Part shown: positions 51,980 through 63,770 of the stretch, in pieces
Layout: every line of letters starts with the position of its first letter
Position numbering within the stretch: position 1 is the first letter of the stretch
NCBI GenBank assembly: GCA_030390025.1
Contig: JASTWF010000337.1
Span: 372,001-436,000, forward strand
Length of the DNA stretch: 64,000 bases
Source of the DNA: Squalus acanthias
Lineage: Eukaryota
Direction: 5' to 3'
The notes under the pieces: model-generated
What the model was told of the DNA's origin: nothing
Seen by the model: only the letters and a program-made list of their open reading frames with translations
The model's database searches: none
Program-made: the position numbers and the translations under genes

Positions 51980-52102
51980 CTCAGTTCACACTTGATCTGG
52001 ACCCAGCCAGGACTGCGTAGGAACGACCAGGGCTGGTACCATTTCTCCACTGTCTGCATACTCGAACAGAGCACCTCCAGCCACAGCGGCAGAACCTGCT
52101 CA
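51980..52102 (-). CDS. SGSM3: SGSM3 coding exon (123 bp): (N)[40 protein letters not shown](R)
   Basis: Acceptor cctttgtgcAG and donor GTaagg. Encodes the RUN-domain core. Confidence 0.95.
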
Positions 52103-52574
52103 CTGCACAAAGGCACCATTAGTAATAACCAAACCATGCATTCATGCCCTATATCAATTCACATTAATAACATCACAACCCTGACAGGAATGAAGAGGAG
52201 CACACCAGGTACCAGAGGGAGTGAGACCCCTGCACACAACAACAATCTTGCCAATCGCACTCAGGAAGAACCCAGGAAGGCTGCTGTGGGAAATGGAAAA
52301 CTAACACGCGAGTACAGTAGGAGTGCTCGACTGAGAGATGGAGCGTTAACCTGCAGATACTGCATAGCTGCAATGGAAAATTGTCCATCCCAAAATATCC
52401 CACAACTTGCAGAGTAAAAAAACCAACACAGCCACAAAAAGGCAAAACCAGCAGCATTTTACAGAATGAGGAACATCACTCACTGCAGTTACCGGGACAG
52501 CCCATAACCTGACACAGACTGACCCACAACACAGACCCAGGTTATATGGATTTGGGGAGCGTGTGTGAGAGATT

Positions 52575-52727
52575 TGCGGAGCGTGCGAGGGGGATTCCGG
52601 GTGTGCGAGGGGGATTTGGGGCGTGCGAGGGGGTTTCCGGGCGTGCGAGGGGGATTCCGGGTGTGCGAGGGGGATTCCGGGTGTGCGAGGGGGACTCGGG
52701 GTGTGCGAGGGGGACTCGGGGTGTGCG
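52575..52727. repeat. 20-bp G/CpG-rich minisatellite GTGTGCGAGGGGGATTCCGG, about 7 copies
   Basis: Direct tandem repetition. Confidence 0.9.
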
Positions 52728-53501
52728 TGTGTCAGAGAGCAGCTGATTTAAGATGTGAGGCGATGCGGATGGTGAAGCAAGATTGTGATTAGCAAAGAGA
52801 TGAACACGACAGATGGACAATAGCATGGAACCAGAATTGGGATTCTAAGCATCGTGGGGTCGAGCTTTCACTTTGGGCGCAATTGGCAATCCCTTCGTCC
52901 ATTTTGAGAAATGTTATTTTTCCTCACATTTCCACTCAGAAGTATTTGCATATCGCCGAATACAAAATCTGCCATGAACCAGCGCAATCTGGTAGCGTTT
53001 TAAAACATAATTTAAAAAAAAATCTTCCCTGCTGTATTTAAGAGCGGTAACTGGGTGCAGTTTGATTAATACAGCTAGAAATGGCTTTATCACAAAAAAT
53101 AAGCATTTTTAATCAGTGTTAATCTACCACCTGTGAGTAACACGATTTTAAATGACTCAAAATAACTTTAAAATTATGCAGAACCATTTGTTGGTTTTAT
53201 TGTGATACAGGAGTCAGTTTGTTAGTAAGTTTAAAAAAAATATATATTCAAAACCTTTTAAAACATGCCTATTCGTGTCCTTGTGCCCCCAAAATCCAGC
53301 TTAATTTTTGGAGCCTCCTCGAAGAGCTGCAAACAGGTAGTTAGCGGAAACTCCCAACGGTGAATAATTCACCCTGGGGGGGTGTGGCCAGTTTTGTGGG
53401 CGGGGCCTGCTTCTAACGTGATGTTTTTAAAACTAGCGCAAAAGATGGCGGAAACGCGCTTTGTGCTGAACGTAATTTGCTCTTAAAATTCAGAGAGTCC
53501 T

Positions 53502-54108
53502 TACAACACAGAAGGAGGCCACTCGGCCCATCGAGTCCGTGCCGGCTCTCTGTAGAGCAATCCAGTCAGTCCCATTCCCCCGCTCTATCCCCGTAGCCCT
53601 GCAAGTTTATTTCCCCCAAGCGGCTATCCTATTTCCTTTTGAAATCATTGATCGTCTCCGCTACACCACCCTCGTTGGCAGCGAGTTCCAGGTCATTACT
53701 ACTCGCTGCGTAAAAAAGTTCTTCCTCACATCCCTCCTGTATCTCTTGCCCAAAACCTTAAATCTGTGTCCCCTAGTCCTTGTACCATCAGCCAATGGGA
53801 ACAGCCTTTCTGTGTCTACCTTATCCAAACCCGTCATAATCTTGTACACCTCTATCAAATCTCCCCTCATCCTCCTTTGCTAAAGGAGTACAACGCCAGC
53901 TTCTCCAACCTGTCCTTGTAGCTAAGATCCCCCATCCCCAGAACCATTCTGGTAAATCTCCTCTGCACCCTCTCAAGGATCTTCACATCCTTCCTAAAGT
54001 GTGGTGACCAGAACTGAACACAATACTCCAGTTGTGGGCTAACCAGAGCTTTATAAAGGTTCAGCATAACTTCCCTGCTTTTGTACTCAATACCTCTATT
54101 TATGAAGC
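53502..54108 (-). mobile_element. CR1 3' fragment
   Basis: RGIEYKSREV...PQLEYCVQFWSPHFRKDV...RGDLIEVYK, followed by the 3' UTR. Confidence 0.9.
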
Positions 54109-54287
54109 TTTTCCTGATAATGTACTTCACAAGAGAAATGTTGCCCTTCTTGGTCCTAATGCCCTGTTTAAGTTGGGGCTGCACTGAGCCCTGAATCACA
54201 CACCGAGCACTATTTGTTCCCTGTACAGTATGTCTTGGTCTCAAAGGAACAGGATTATAAAGTCAAGAATTGAAGATTTTCACTTAC

Positions 54288-54373
54288 TTTAGTCCCACAC
54301 AGATCAGTGATCGGAATTTCACATCCATCTGTGCATGCGCAGCATCGTGACTCATGTTCACGGACTGGACAGC
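54288..54373 (-). CDS. SGSM3: SGSM3 coding exon (86 bp): [28 protein letters not shown](N)
   Basis: Acceptor cttcccttctttcAG and donor GTaagt. Matches remembered [29 protein letters not shown]. Confidence 0.94.
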
Positions 54374-54534
54374 CTGAAAGAAGGGAAGCAAAGTTTGGTG
54401 TTGGATGGAGTGCACAGCTTCAGAAAGGAGAATGGCTGATCAATCTCATACTCCGGTTTTTAGGGCCTATAATTGGTACAAATATTGCATCTTTATTGGT
54501 CCCATTATTAGCCACAGTTATAGCTCCTACAACA

Positions 54535-54831
54535 AAAAAACTGCAAATGTTGGAATCGTGAAACAAAAAGAGAAAATGCTGGAAACACTCAAGTTATCAA
54601 GCATCTGTGGAGAGAGAGAGAAAAAGAGAGCTGAATATTTTAGACATGGTCCATCCCTGGAATCGAAGCACAGCTTCCCCTCTCCTCTTTCTGGAGGGTT
54701 TGATCCCTCCACAAGACTCTTGTCCTCCACCCCAGCTTTTCCGCTGCCGTTCCATTATCATTTTCCTATGGACCTGTAGCAGCTGCAACACCTGTCCATT
54801 CACCTCCGCCCACACGATCCAGGGCCCCAAA
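54535..54831. mobile_element. Penelope-like element remnant: inverted terminal repeat plus coding fragment
   Basis: Reverse copy of the 12855-12980 repeat, followed on + by CSSCNTCPFTSAHTIQGPKQ, which resembles the Cys motif preceding the PLE GIY-YIG domain. Confidence 0.6.
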
Positions 54832-56355
54832 CAACAACTTGCATTTATATAGTGCCTTTATCACGGTAAAACGTCCCAAGGCGCTTCACAGGAGTGGTGT
54901 CAAATCTTGTTTGATAATCGAGCCACATAAGGAGATATTAGGATAGGTGACCAAAAGCTTGGTCAAAGAGGTAGGTTTTAAGGTGCGTCTTAAAGGAGGA
55001 GAGAGAGGTAGAGAGGTGGAGAGGTTTAGGGAGGGAATTCCAGAGCTTAGGGTCCAGGCAACTGAAGGCACGACCACCAATGGTGGAGCGACGAAGATCG
55101 GGGAAGCACAAGAGGCCAGAATTGGAGGAGCGCAGAGATCTCAGAGGGTTGTGGGGCTGGAGGAGACTACAGAGATAGTGAGGGGCGAGGCCATGGAGGG
55201 ATTTGAAAACAAGGACGAGAATTTTAAAATCGAGGGGTTGCCAAACCGAGAGCCAATGGAGGGCAGTGAGCACAGGGGTGATGGGTGAATGGGACTTGGT
55301 GAGATGAGGAGGAACTACTTCACTCAGAGGGTGGTAGGTCCATGGAATATGCTGCCACAAAAAGCTGTAGAAGCTACATCATTAAATAAATTTAAAACAG
55401 AAATAGACAGTTTCCTAGAAGTAAAGGGCATTAAGGGTTACGGGGAGCGGGCAGGAATTTGGACATGAGTCTAGGTTCGGATCGGTCATGGCCCTGTGGG
55501 TAGGGGAGCGGGCCCAGGGACCGTGTAGGCTGATTCTGCTCCTATTTCGTGTGTGCAATTCTGTTAGATGCAGGAGATGGTTCTGTGATAGTAGATAGTA
55601 GATTGGCGGTTAGGATCAGATCAGCCATGATCTTATTGAATGGCGGAGCAGGCTCGAGGGGCCGATTGGCCTACTCCTGCTCCTATTTCTTATGTTCTTA
55701 TGTTCTTATGGTGCGAATTAGGACTCGGGCAGCCGAGTTTTGGATGAGCTCAAGTTTACGGATGGTGCAAGATGGGAGGCCAGCCAGGAGAGCATTAGAA
55801 TAGTCAAATCTAGAGGTAACAAAGGCATGGATGAGGGTTTCAGCAGCAGATGAGCTGAGGCGGGGCGGAGCTGGGCGATGTTACAGAGCTGGAAGTAGGC
55901 GGTCTTTGTGATGGAACGAATATGTGGTCGGAAACTCATTTCGGGGTCAAATAGGACGCCAAGTTTGCAGTCTGGTTCAGCCTCAGACAGATGTTAGGGA
56001 GAGGGATGGAGTCGGTGGCTAGGGAACGGAGTTTGTGACGGGAACCAAAGACAATGACTTCGGTCTTCACAATATTTAATTGGAAGGCATTTCTGCTCAT
56101 CGAATACTGGATGTCGGACAAGCAGCAGGACAAATGAGAGGCAGTGGATGGGTCGAAAGAGGCGGTGGCAAGGTAGAGCTGGGTGTCGGCAGCGTACATG
56201 TGGAACCTAATGTTATGTTTTCGGATGACGTCGCCAAGGGGCAGCATGAGGATGAGAAATAGGAGGGGGCCAAGGATAGATCCTTGGGGGACTCCAGAGG
56301 TAACGGTGCGGGAGCGTGAAGAGAAGCCGTTGCAGGAGATTCTCTGACTACGACT
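54832..56355 (-). mobile_element. L2 LINE 3' part, split by a CR1 insertion at 55302-55708
   Basis: [14 protein letters not shown]...HMYAADTQLY and ...GGRAFSCLDPKLWNSLP...FKTHLKTYLF, ending in a (TTG)n tail. Confidence 0.92.
55302..55708 (+). mobile_element. Short CR1 3' fragment with TSD TGGTG
   Basis: TGGTG at 55297-55301 and 55709-55713. Near-identical to 57438-57838. Confidence 0.92.
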
Positions 56356-56396
56356 GGACTCCTCTGCATTGTGGAGAACAAACATAGATAGGGGAT

Positions 56397-59300
56397 GTCA
56401 TAGAATCATAGAAAGTTACAGCACGGAAGGAGGTCATTTCGGCCCATTGTGTCCGCGCCGGCCAACAAAGAGCTATCCAGCCTAATCCCACTTCCCAGCT
56501 CTTGGTCCATAGCCCTGCAGGTTAGAGCATCCCAAGTGCACATCCAAGTACTTTTTAAATGTGGTTAGGGTTCCTGCCTCTCCCACCCTTTCAGTCAGTG
56601 AGTTCCAGACCCCCTAACAGAAAGCAAAGAGTTGGGATAAATGGTTCATTCTCAGACTGGCAATCAGTAACTAGTGATGTTCCACAGGGGTCAGTGCTGG
56701 GTCCCCAACTCTTTACAATCTATATTAACGATTTGGAGGAAGGGACCAAGTGTAACATATCAAAATTTGCAGATGATACAAAGATGGGAGGGAAAGTAGT
56801 GAGTGAGGAGGACATAAAAAACCTGCAAGGGGACATAGACAGGCTAAGTAAGTGGGCAGAGATTTGGCAGATGGAATACAACACTGGAAAGTGTGAGGTG
56901 ATGCACTTTGGCTGGAAAAATCCTAGAGCAATTTATTATCTTAATGGCAAGAAACTGGAGAGTACTGAAGTGCAAAGGGATCTGGGGGTCCTGGTGCACG
57001 AAACTCAAAAGGTTAGTATGCAGGTGCAGCAAGTGATTAAGAAGGCAAATGGAATGTTGGCTTTCATTGCTAGGGGGATAGAATATAAAAATAGGGAGGT
57101 ATTGCTTCAGTTGTACAAGGTATTGGTGAGACCGCACCTGGAATACTGCATACAGTTTTGGTGTCCTTACTTAAGGAAAGACATCCTTGCTCTCGAGGCA
57201 GTGCAAAAAAGGTTCACTCGGTTAATCCCGGGGATGAGGGGGTGGTCATATGAGGAGAGGTTGGGTAGATTGGGACTCTACTCATTGGAGTTCAGAAGAA
57301 TGAGAGGCGATCTTATTGAAACATATAAGATTGTGAAGGGGTTGGATCGGGTGGATGCGGGGAGGATGTTCCCGATGACGGGTGAGACTAGAACTAGGGG
57401 ACATAGTCTTAGAATAAGGGGCTGCTCTTTCAAAACTGAGATGAGGAGGAACTACTTCACTCAGAGGGTGGTAGGTCCATGGAATATGCTGCCACAAAAA
57501 GCTGTAGAAGCTACATCATTAAATAAATTTAAAACAGAAATAGACAGTTTCCTAGAAGTAAAGGGCATTAAGGGTTACGGGGAGCGGGCAGGAATTTGGA
57601 CATGAGTCTAGGTTCGGATCGGTCATGGCCCTGTGGGTAGTGGAGCGGGCCCAGGGACCGTGTAGCCTGATTCTGCTCCTATTTCGTGTGTGCAATTCTG
57701 TTAGATGCAGGAGATGGTTCTGTGATAGTAGATTGGCGGTTAGGATCAGATCAGCCATGATCTTATTGAATGGCGGAGCAGGCTCGAGGGGCCGATTGGC
57801 CTACTCCTGCTCCTATTTCTTATGTTCTTATGTTCTTACAACCCTCTGGGTGAAGAAATTTCCCCTCAAATCCCTTCTAAACCTTCCACCAATTACTTTA
57901 AATCTGTGCCCCCCGGTTTTTGACCCTTCTGCTAAGGGAAATAGGTCCTTTCTATCCACTTTATCTATGCCCCTCATAATTTTATACACTTCAATAACGT
58001 CTCCCCTCAGCCTCCTCTGTTCCAAGGAAAACAGACCCAGCTTTTCCTCATAGCTAAGATTCTCTACTCCCAGCAACATCCTTGTAAATCTCCTCTGTAC
58101 CCTCTAGTGCAATCACATCTTTCCTGTAATGTGGTGACCAGAACTGCACGCAGTACTCTAGCTGAGGCCTAACTAGTGTTTTATACAGTTGAAGCATAAC
58201 CACCCTGCTCTTATATTCTATGCCACGGCTAATAAAGGCAAGCATTCCATATGCCTTCTTAACCACCTTATCCACCTGGCCTGCTACCTTCAGGGATCTG
58301 TGGACATGCACTCCAAGGTCCCTTTGTTCCTCTACACTACTCAGTGTCCTACCATTTAATGTGTATTCCCTTTCCTTGTTAGCCCTCCCCAAATGCATTA
58401 CCTCACACTTCTCCGGATTGAATTCCATTTGCCACTGTTCTGCTCAATTTATTGATATCTTCCTGCAGTCTACAGCTTCTTTCTTCAGTATCAACCACTC
58501 AGCCGATTTTAGTATCATCTGCAAACTTCTTAATCATACCCCCTATATTCAAGTCAAGATCGTTGATATATACCACAAAAAGCAAGGGACCTAGTACTGA
58601 GCCCTGCGGAACTCCACTGGAAACAGCCTTCCAGTCACAAAAACACCCATCAACCATTGCCCTCTGCTTCCTGCCTCTGAGCCAGTTTTGAATCCAACTT
58701 GACACTTTACCCTGGATCCCATGGGCTTTTAACTTCGTGACCAGTCTGCCATGTGGAACCTTATCAAAAGCCTTGCTAAAGTCCATATACGCACTACCCT
58801 CATCTACCCTCCTTGTTACCTCCTCAAAAAATTCAATCAAGTTTGTCAGACATGACCTTCCCTTAACAAATCCATGCTGACTATCCTTGATTAATCAGTG
58901 TCTTTCTAAATGAAGATTTATCCTGTCCTTCAGAATTCTTTCCAATAATTTTCCCACCACCGAGGTTAGGCTGACTGGCCTGTAATTACTTGGTTTATCC
59001 TTTTCTCCCTTTTTAAACACGGGTACCACATTAACAGTCCTCCAGCACCACACCTGAAGCCAGAGAGGATTGAAAAATGATGGTCAGGGCCTCTGCTATT
59101 TCCTCTTTTGCTTCACTTAACAACCTGGGATACATTTCATCCGGGCCTGGGGATTTATCCACTTTTAAAGCTGCGAAACCCCTTAATACTTCCTCTCTCA
59201 CTATGTTTATTTCATCTAATATTTCACACTCCTCCCCCGATAGCAATGTCTGCTTCGCCCCTCTCCTTTGTGAAAACAGATGCAAAGTATTCATTAAGAA

Positions 59301-59972
59301 CCCTACCGACATCTCCCGCCTCCACACACAGATTACCCTCATGATCTCTAATAGGTCCTACCCTTTCTTTAGTAATCCTCTTACTCTTAATATATTTATA
59401 AAACATCTTTGGGTTTTCCTTGATTTTACTTGCCAAGAATTTTTCACGCTCTCTCTTTGCTTTCCTAATATCCTTTTTAATTGCACCCCTGCACTTTCTG
59501 TACTCCTCTAAAGATTCTGCAGTATTTAGCCCTCGGTATCTGTCATACGCCTCCCTTTTTTTCTTTACCCTACCCTGTATGTCCCTAGACATCCAGGGGG
59601 CTCAAGATTTGTTAGTCCCACCTTTTTTCTTTAAGGGCACATATTTGGTCTGAATCCTCCAGATCTCCTCCTTGAATGTCTCCCACTGCTCTGACACTGA
59701 TTTACCTTCAAGTAGCTGTTTCCAGTCCACTGTGGCTAAATCCCCTCTGAGCTTAGCAAAATTTGCTTTTCCCCAATTTAGAATTTTTATTCCTGGTCTA
59801 TCCTTGTCCTTTTCCATAACTACCTTAAATCTAACAGAATTATGGTCACTAGCACCAAAATGCTCCCCCACTGATATGCCTTCTACCTGCCCAGCTTCAA
59901 TCCCTAAAACTAAGTCCAGAACCAGCCCCTCCCTTGTTCGGCTTGCTACATACTGGCTAAAAAAGTTCTCCT
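56397..59972 (-). mobile_element. Degenerate CR1 ((ATTCTATG)n tail family), split by a CR1 insertion at 56615-57838
   Basis: 3' UTR at 56397-56614 continues at 57839. ORF2 pieces run from GEHFGASDH through YMDFSKAFD and FADD. Confidence 0.92.
56615..57838 (+). mobile_element. Young 5'-truncated CR1 with open ORF2 C-terminus
   Basis: [14 protein letters not shown]...GERAGIWT* (stop at 57605), then a 3' UTR and (TTCTTATG)n tail. Confidence 0.95.
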
Positions 59973-60239
59973 GCTGAATACTTTATTTCTGTCTGCAAGT
60001 TGTGACCCTGAGCCCCCTATGGCTCTCTTTAAATCCCCCTCCCATTATCGCTCTGACCACCCAGTTTTTGATTTTCTACACAATGCAAGTGATAGGATCA
60101 GTATCACATCCTTCTCCCAGTTGCTCTGCTACGCTGAGGCCTGAACACTGACCTTACTACAACCTCAATTCTCCTGCATTTCTCCCTTTTTTCCCCCAAT
60201 TTTCCACTACTTTCCCTCCTTTGCCCACAGGTAGGCCTC

Positions 60240-62757
60240 TCACTAACTTAGCTTAGAGAGCTTGGGCACAGAGCTGTGGAGAATCGCAATCGGAGTGGAA
60301 GCTGAGAATTTGGTGATAGTAGGAATTCGGTGGCAAGGTGGAAGGCAGTTCTCATGCCCAACTCAAAAAAAGGACTGGAGCTGCAGAACCCGAGGACTCG
60401 AAGATAAGTATCTAGGTTAAGTATCTAGTTATCTAATATTTAGGTTCTGTGTGTTTAGTGATCTCAGTGGTTCTTGTTAAGCTAGAATAAATAATTAGTC
60501 TTTGGTTAATTCACTTTAAGGATCAAAGAGAAAAATAACAGTATAATTTAATATATTCAAATAATTTAGACCTAGTTAACAGCAATTATATAAATAATCA
60601 CCTAAGGAGGTTTATTAAGGTATAATTAGAATGGAGAGACAGCTGCGACCCGTAGCCTGTAATTCCTGCACCATGTGGGAACTTCAGGATGCTTCATGTG
60701 TCCCAGAGGCCCACGTGTGCAGAAGGTGCCTCCAGCTGCTCGACCTCATGCTGAGGGTTTCTGAGCTTGAGGTACAGCTGGATTCACTGCAGGGTATACG
60801 GGTGGCTGAGTGTTTCCTGGATCGCAGGTTCCAGGAGCTGGTCACCCCACAATCAGATAGAGTTCAGAATAGCAAGTCGGTGGCCATCCGGAAGGATAGG
60901 AAAAGGCAGTGCAGGAATCCTCCGGGAGTGTGGCACTCTCAAACCAGTATTCAGCATTGAATTCTAGTGAGGATGATGACACCTCAAAGGAGTGCAGTCC
61001 TGAGCCTGGCACTGTGAGGCAAAGAACTGCAGGGGGGCACAGCAAAGTGTAGGAACACAGTAGTAATTGTGAAATTGGATAGTCTGGGAGACAGACAGGC
61101 AGTTCTGCTACCACCAACGTGAGTCCCGTATAGTATGTTGCCTTGCTGGTGCCAGGGTAAGGGACATCACGGAGAGGGAGCAGAACATTCAGCGGGGGGA
61201 AGGGGAAGAGCCAGAAATCGTGGTCCATGTCAGAACCAACGACATAGGGAGGAAGACGGTTGAAGTCCTGCACTCAGAGTTTAAGGAGCTAGGGAGGAAG
61301 TTAAAAAGCAGGACCTCAAAGGTAGTCATTTCTGGATTATGCCTAATGCCACGTGCTAGTTAGAGTAGAAATAGGAGGATATGGCAGGCTAATTCATGGC
61401 TACAGACATGGTGCAGGAGGGAGGGCTTCAGATTCCTGGGACATTGGGACCTGTTGTGTGGCAGGAGGGACCTGTTCAAGATGGACGGGTTGCACCTGAA
61501 CAAAGCTGGGACCAATATCCTTGCGGACAGGTTAACTAGTGCTGTGGGGGTAGGTTTAAACTAACGTGGCAGGGGGTTGGGCACCAGGATGTAATATTAA
61601 AAAGTAGAAACAAGGTGCACAGAGGACTGTGAGAGACAGAGTTAGAAATAATACAGAATTAGGTGGGATCATAGAAAATACAAAGAGGTCTAAGTTAGAT
61701 TTGGCGGGCATGTGTGTAAATGCACGACGTGTGGTTAATAAGGTTGGTAGGAGCAAATAGCCACGTGGGAATATGATGTAGAGGTGATAACTTAGATCTG
61801 GCTCAAAAAAAGTGAGGATTGGATGCTTAATATTCTGGGTACAAGGTATTCAGGAAACAGAGGGAAGGAAAAAAAAGTAGGGGTAGCATTTTTGATAAAG
61901 GAAAATATTAGAGCTAGAAAGAGAGAATGACCTTGAGGGGTCAAAGACAAAATCTATTTGGTTGGAGTTAAGAAATAATAAAGGAGTTATTCAGCTACTT
62001 CGTGTATTTTGTATAGGTCACCAAATAGTGGGAAGGAGATCGAAGAGCAGATTTGCAGTGAAATTACTGAGAGATGCATGAACTACAGAGAAGTGATAAT
62101 GAAATACTTTAACTACCCCAATATTGAATGGGGCAGTGATTGTGTTAAGGGCAGAGAGAGGGGGTGGAATTTCTGAACTTTCTTGATCAGTAAGTTCTCT
62201 GCCCAACGAGGAAGGTTGGCATTGCTGGATCTAGTCCTGGGAAATAAAGTGGGTCAAGTGGAGATTGTCACATTGGGGAAGCATCTCGGGAATAGTGATC
62301 ATAAGGTTTAGATTAGTTATGGAGAAGGACAAGGAGCAATCTAGAATAGAAATACTGAACTGGAGGAGGGCTAATTTCAGAGAATTGAGGAGAGATTTGT
62401 CCCGGGTAAAATGGAGTCAAAGACTGGCAGGCAGAAATGTAATGGAGCAATGGGCGGGCTTTAAAGAGGAGATGGTTCGGGTACAGTCTAGGTACATTCC
62501 CACAAGGGGGCAAGGGAGGGAAACCAAAGCCAGAGCTCCCTGGATGACGAAGGAGTTAGAGAGTAGGATGAAGCAGAAAAAGGGGGCATATGATAGATGT
62601 CAGCTTGATAATCAGGCTGAATATAAAACGTACAGAGGAGAAGTGAAAAAGGAAATAAGAGGCATAAAGAGATAGTATGAGAAGCGACTGGCGGCTAACA
62701 TAAAAGGAAATCCAAAGGTCTTCTATAGGCATATTAACAGTAAAAGGGTTGTCAATA
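60240..62757 (+). mobile_element. Degenerate 5' half of a CR1: 5' UTR, ORF1 (zinc finger, coiled coil, esterase) and ORF2 endonuclease/linker
   Basis: ATG at 60631 opens CNSC-x16-CRRC followed by a Leu heptad. DGLHLNKAGT...GVGLN* ends at 61564, and EN remnants follow. Confidence 0.88.
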
Positions 62758-63540
62758 GGTATGAGTGGCAAGTTGGCTAAGGTAGATTGGGAAATAAGAT
62801 TAAAAGGTATGACAGTAGATAAGTAGTGACAAACATTTAAAGAAATATTCCAAAATTCTCAATGACTATACACTCCATTGAGAAATAAAAACTCCATGGG
62901 AAAAGTGATCCATCCATGGCTAACTAAAGAAGTTAATGATAGTATTAAATTAAAAGAAGAGGCTCAAGTACTAGGTCCCTTGCTTTTTGTGGTATACATC
63001 AATGAGTTAGACATCAATGTAGGGGGCATGATCAAGAAGTTTGCAGATGATACAAAAATTGGCCGTGTGGTTGATAGTGAGGAAGAAAACTGTAGACTAC
63101 AATTGTACAGGGCTTTGGTGAGACCACACCTGGAGTACTGTGCACAGTTCTGGTCTCCTTATCTAAGGAAGGGCATACTTGCCTTAGAGCCACTAGATTG
63201 ATCCCTGGGATGAGAGGGTTGTTGTATGAGGAGAGATTGAGCCTATACTCTCTGGAGTTTAGAAGAATGAGAGGTGATCTCATTGAAACATATAAGATTC
63301 TGAAGGGGATTGACAGGGTAGATACTGAGAGGTTGTTTCCCCTGGCTGGAGACTCTAGAACTAGGGGGCATAGTCTCAGGATAAGGGGTCGGACATGTAA
63401 AACTGAGATGAGGAGGAATTTCTTCACTCAGAGGGTTGTGAATCTTTGGAATTCTCTGCCCCGGAGGGCTGTGGATGCCAGAGTACAAAAGCCAGGAGGC
63501 TATGCTAAACCTATATAAAACACTAGTTCTATGATTCTAT
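62758..63540 (+). mobile_element. Patchwork of CR1 ORF2 fragments
   Basis: HPWLTKEV, IKKFADDTK and LVRPHLEYC pieces, with a TTCTATGATTCTAT tail. Confidence 0.85.
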
Positions 63541-63675
63541 GGTTGGCTGATTATTGAACAATCTCCGGCTTTTATTTCAAGCAGGTGGCAGGGTCCCTGC
63601 TGCGACTGCAGTGTGTTGTCTTTTCCTTCCTTCTTATTCCAGATTCTATTAAAATTCGTCTTTGTCTGTCACTAT

Positions 63676-63770
63676 TCAGTTCTGACGAAGGGCTTTGTCT
63701 GAAATAATAACCTTTCTTTTCCTGCCTCCACTTGCTGATTGACCTGTTTGCAGCATTTTGGTCTGATTGT
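63676..63770 (+). mobile_element. Penelope-like terminal repeat with degenerate hammerhead-type core
   Basis: CTGACGA (63682-63688), a short stem, then GAAA (63701-63704), followed by sequence similar to 12865-12930. Confidence 0.45.

Noticed and set aside
52850..53495. Possible MITE or DNA transposon remnant
   Set aside because: No convincing terminal inverted repeats or TSD could be identified.
60400..60630. AT-rich segment in a CR1 5' UTR resembling an intron
   Set aside because: The donor reads ATAAGT rather than GTAAGT, and only one degenerate copy is available.
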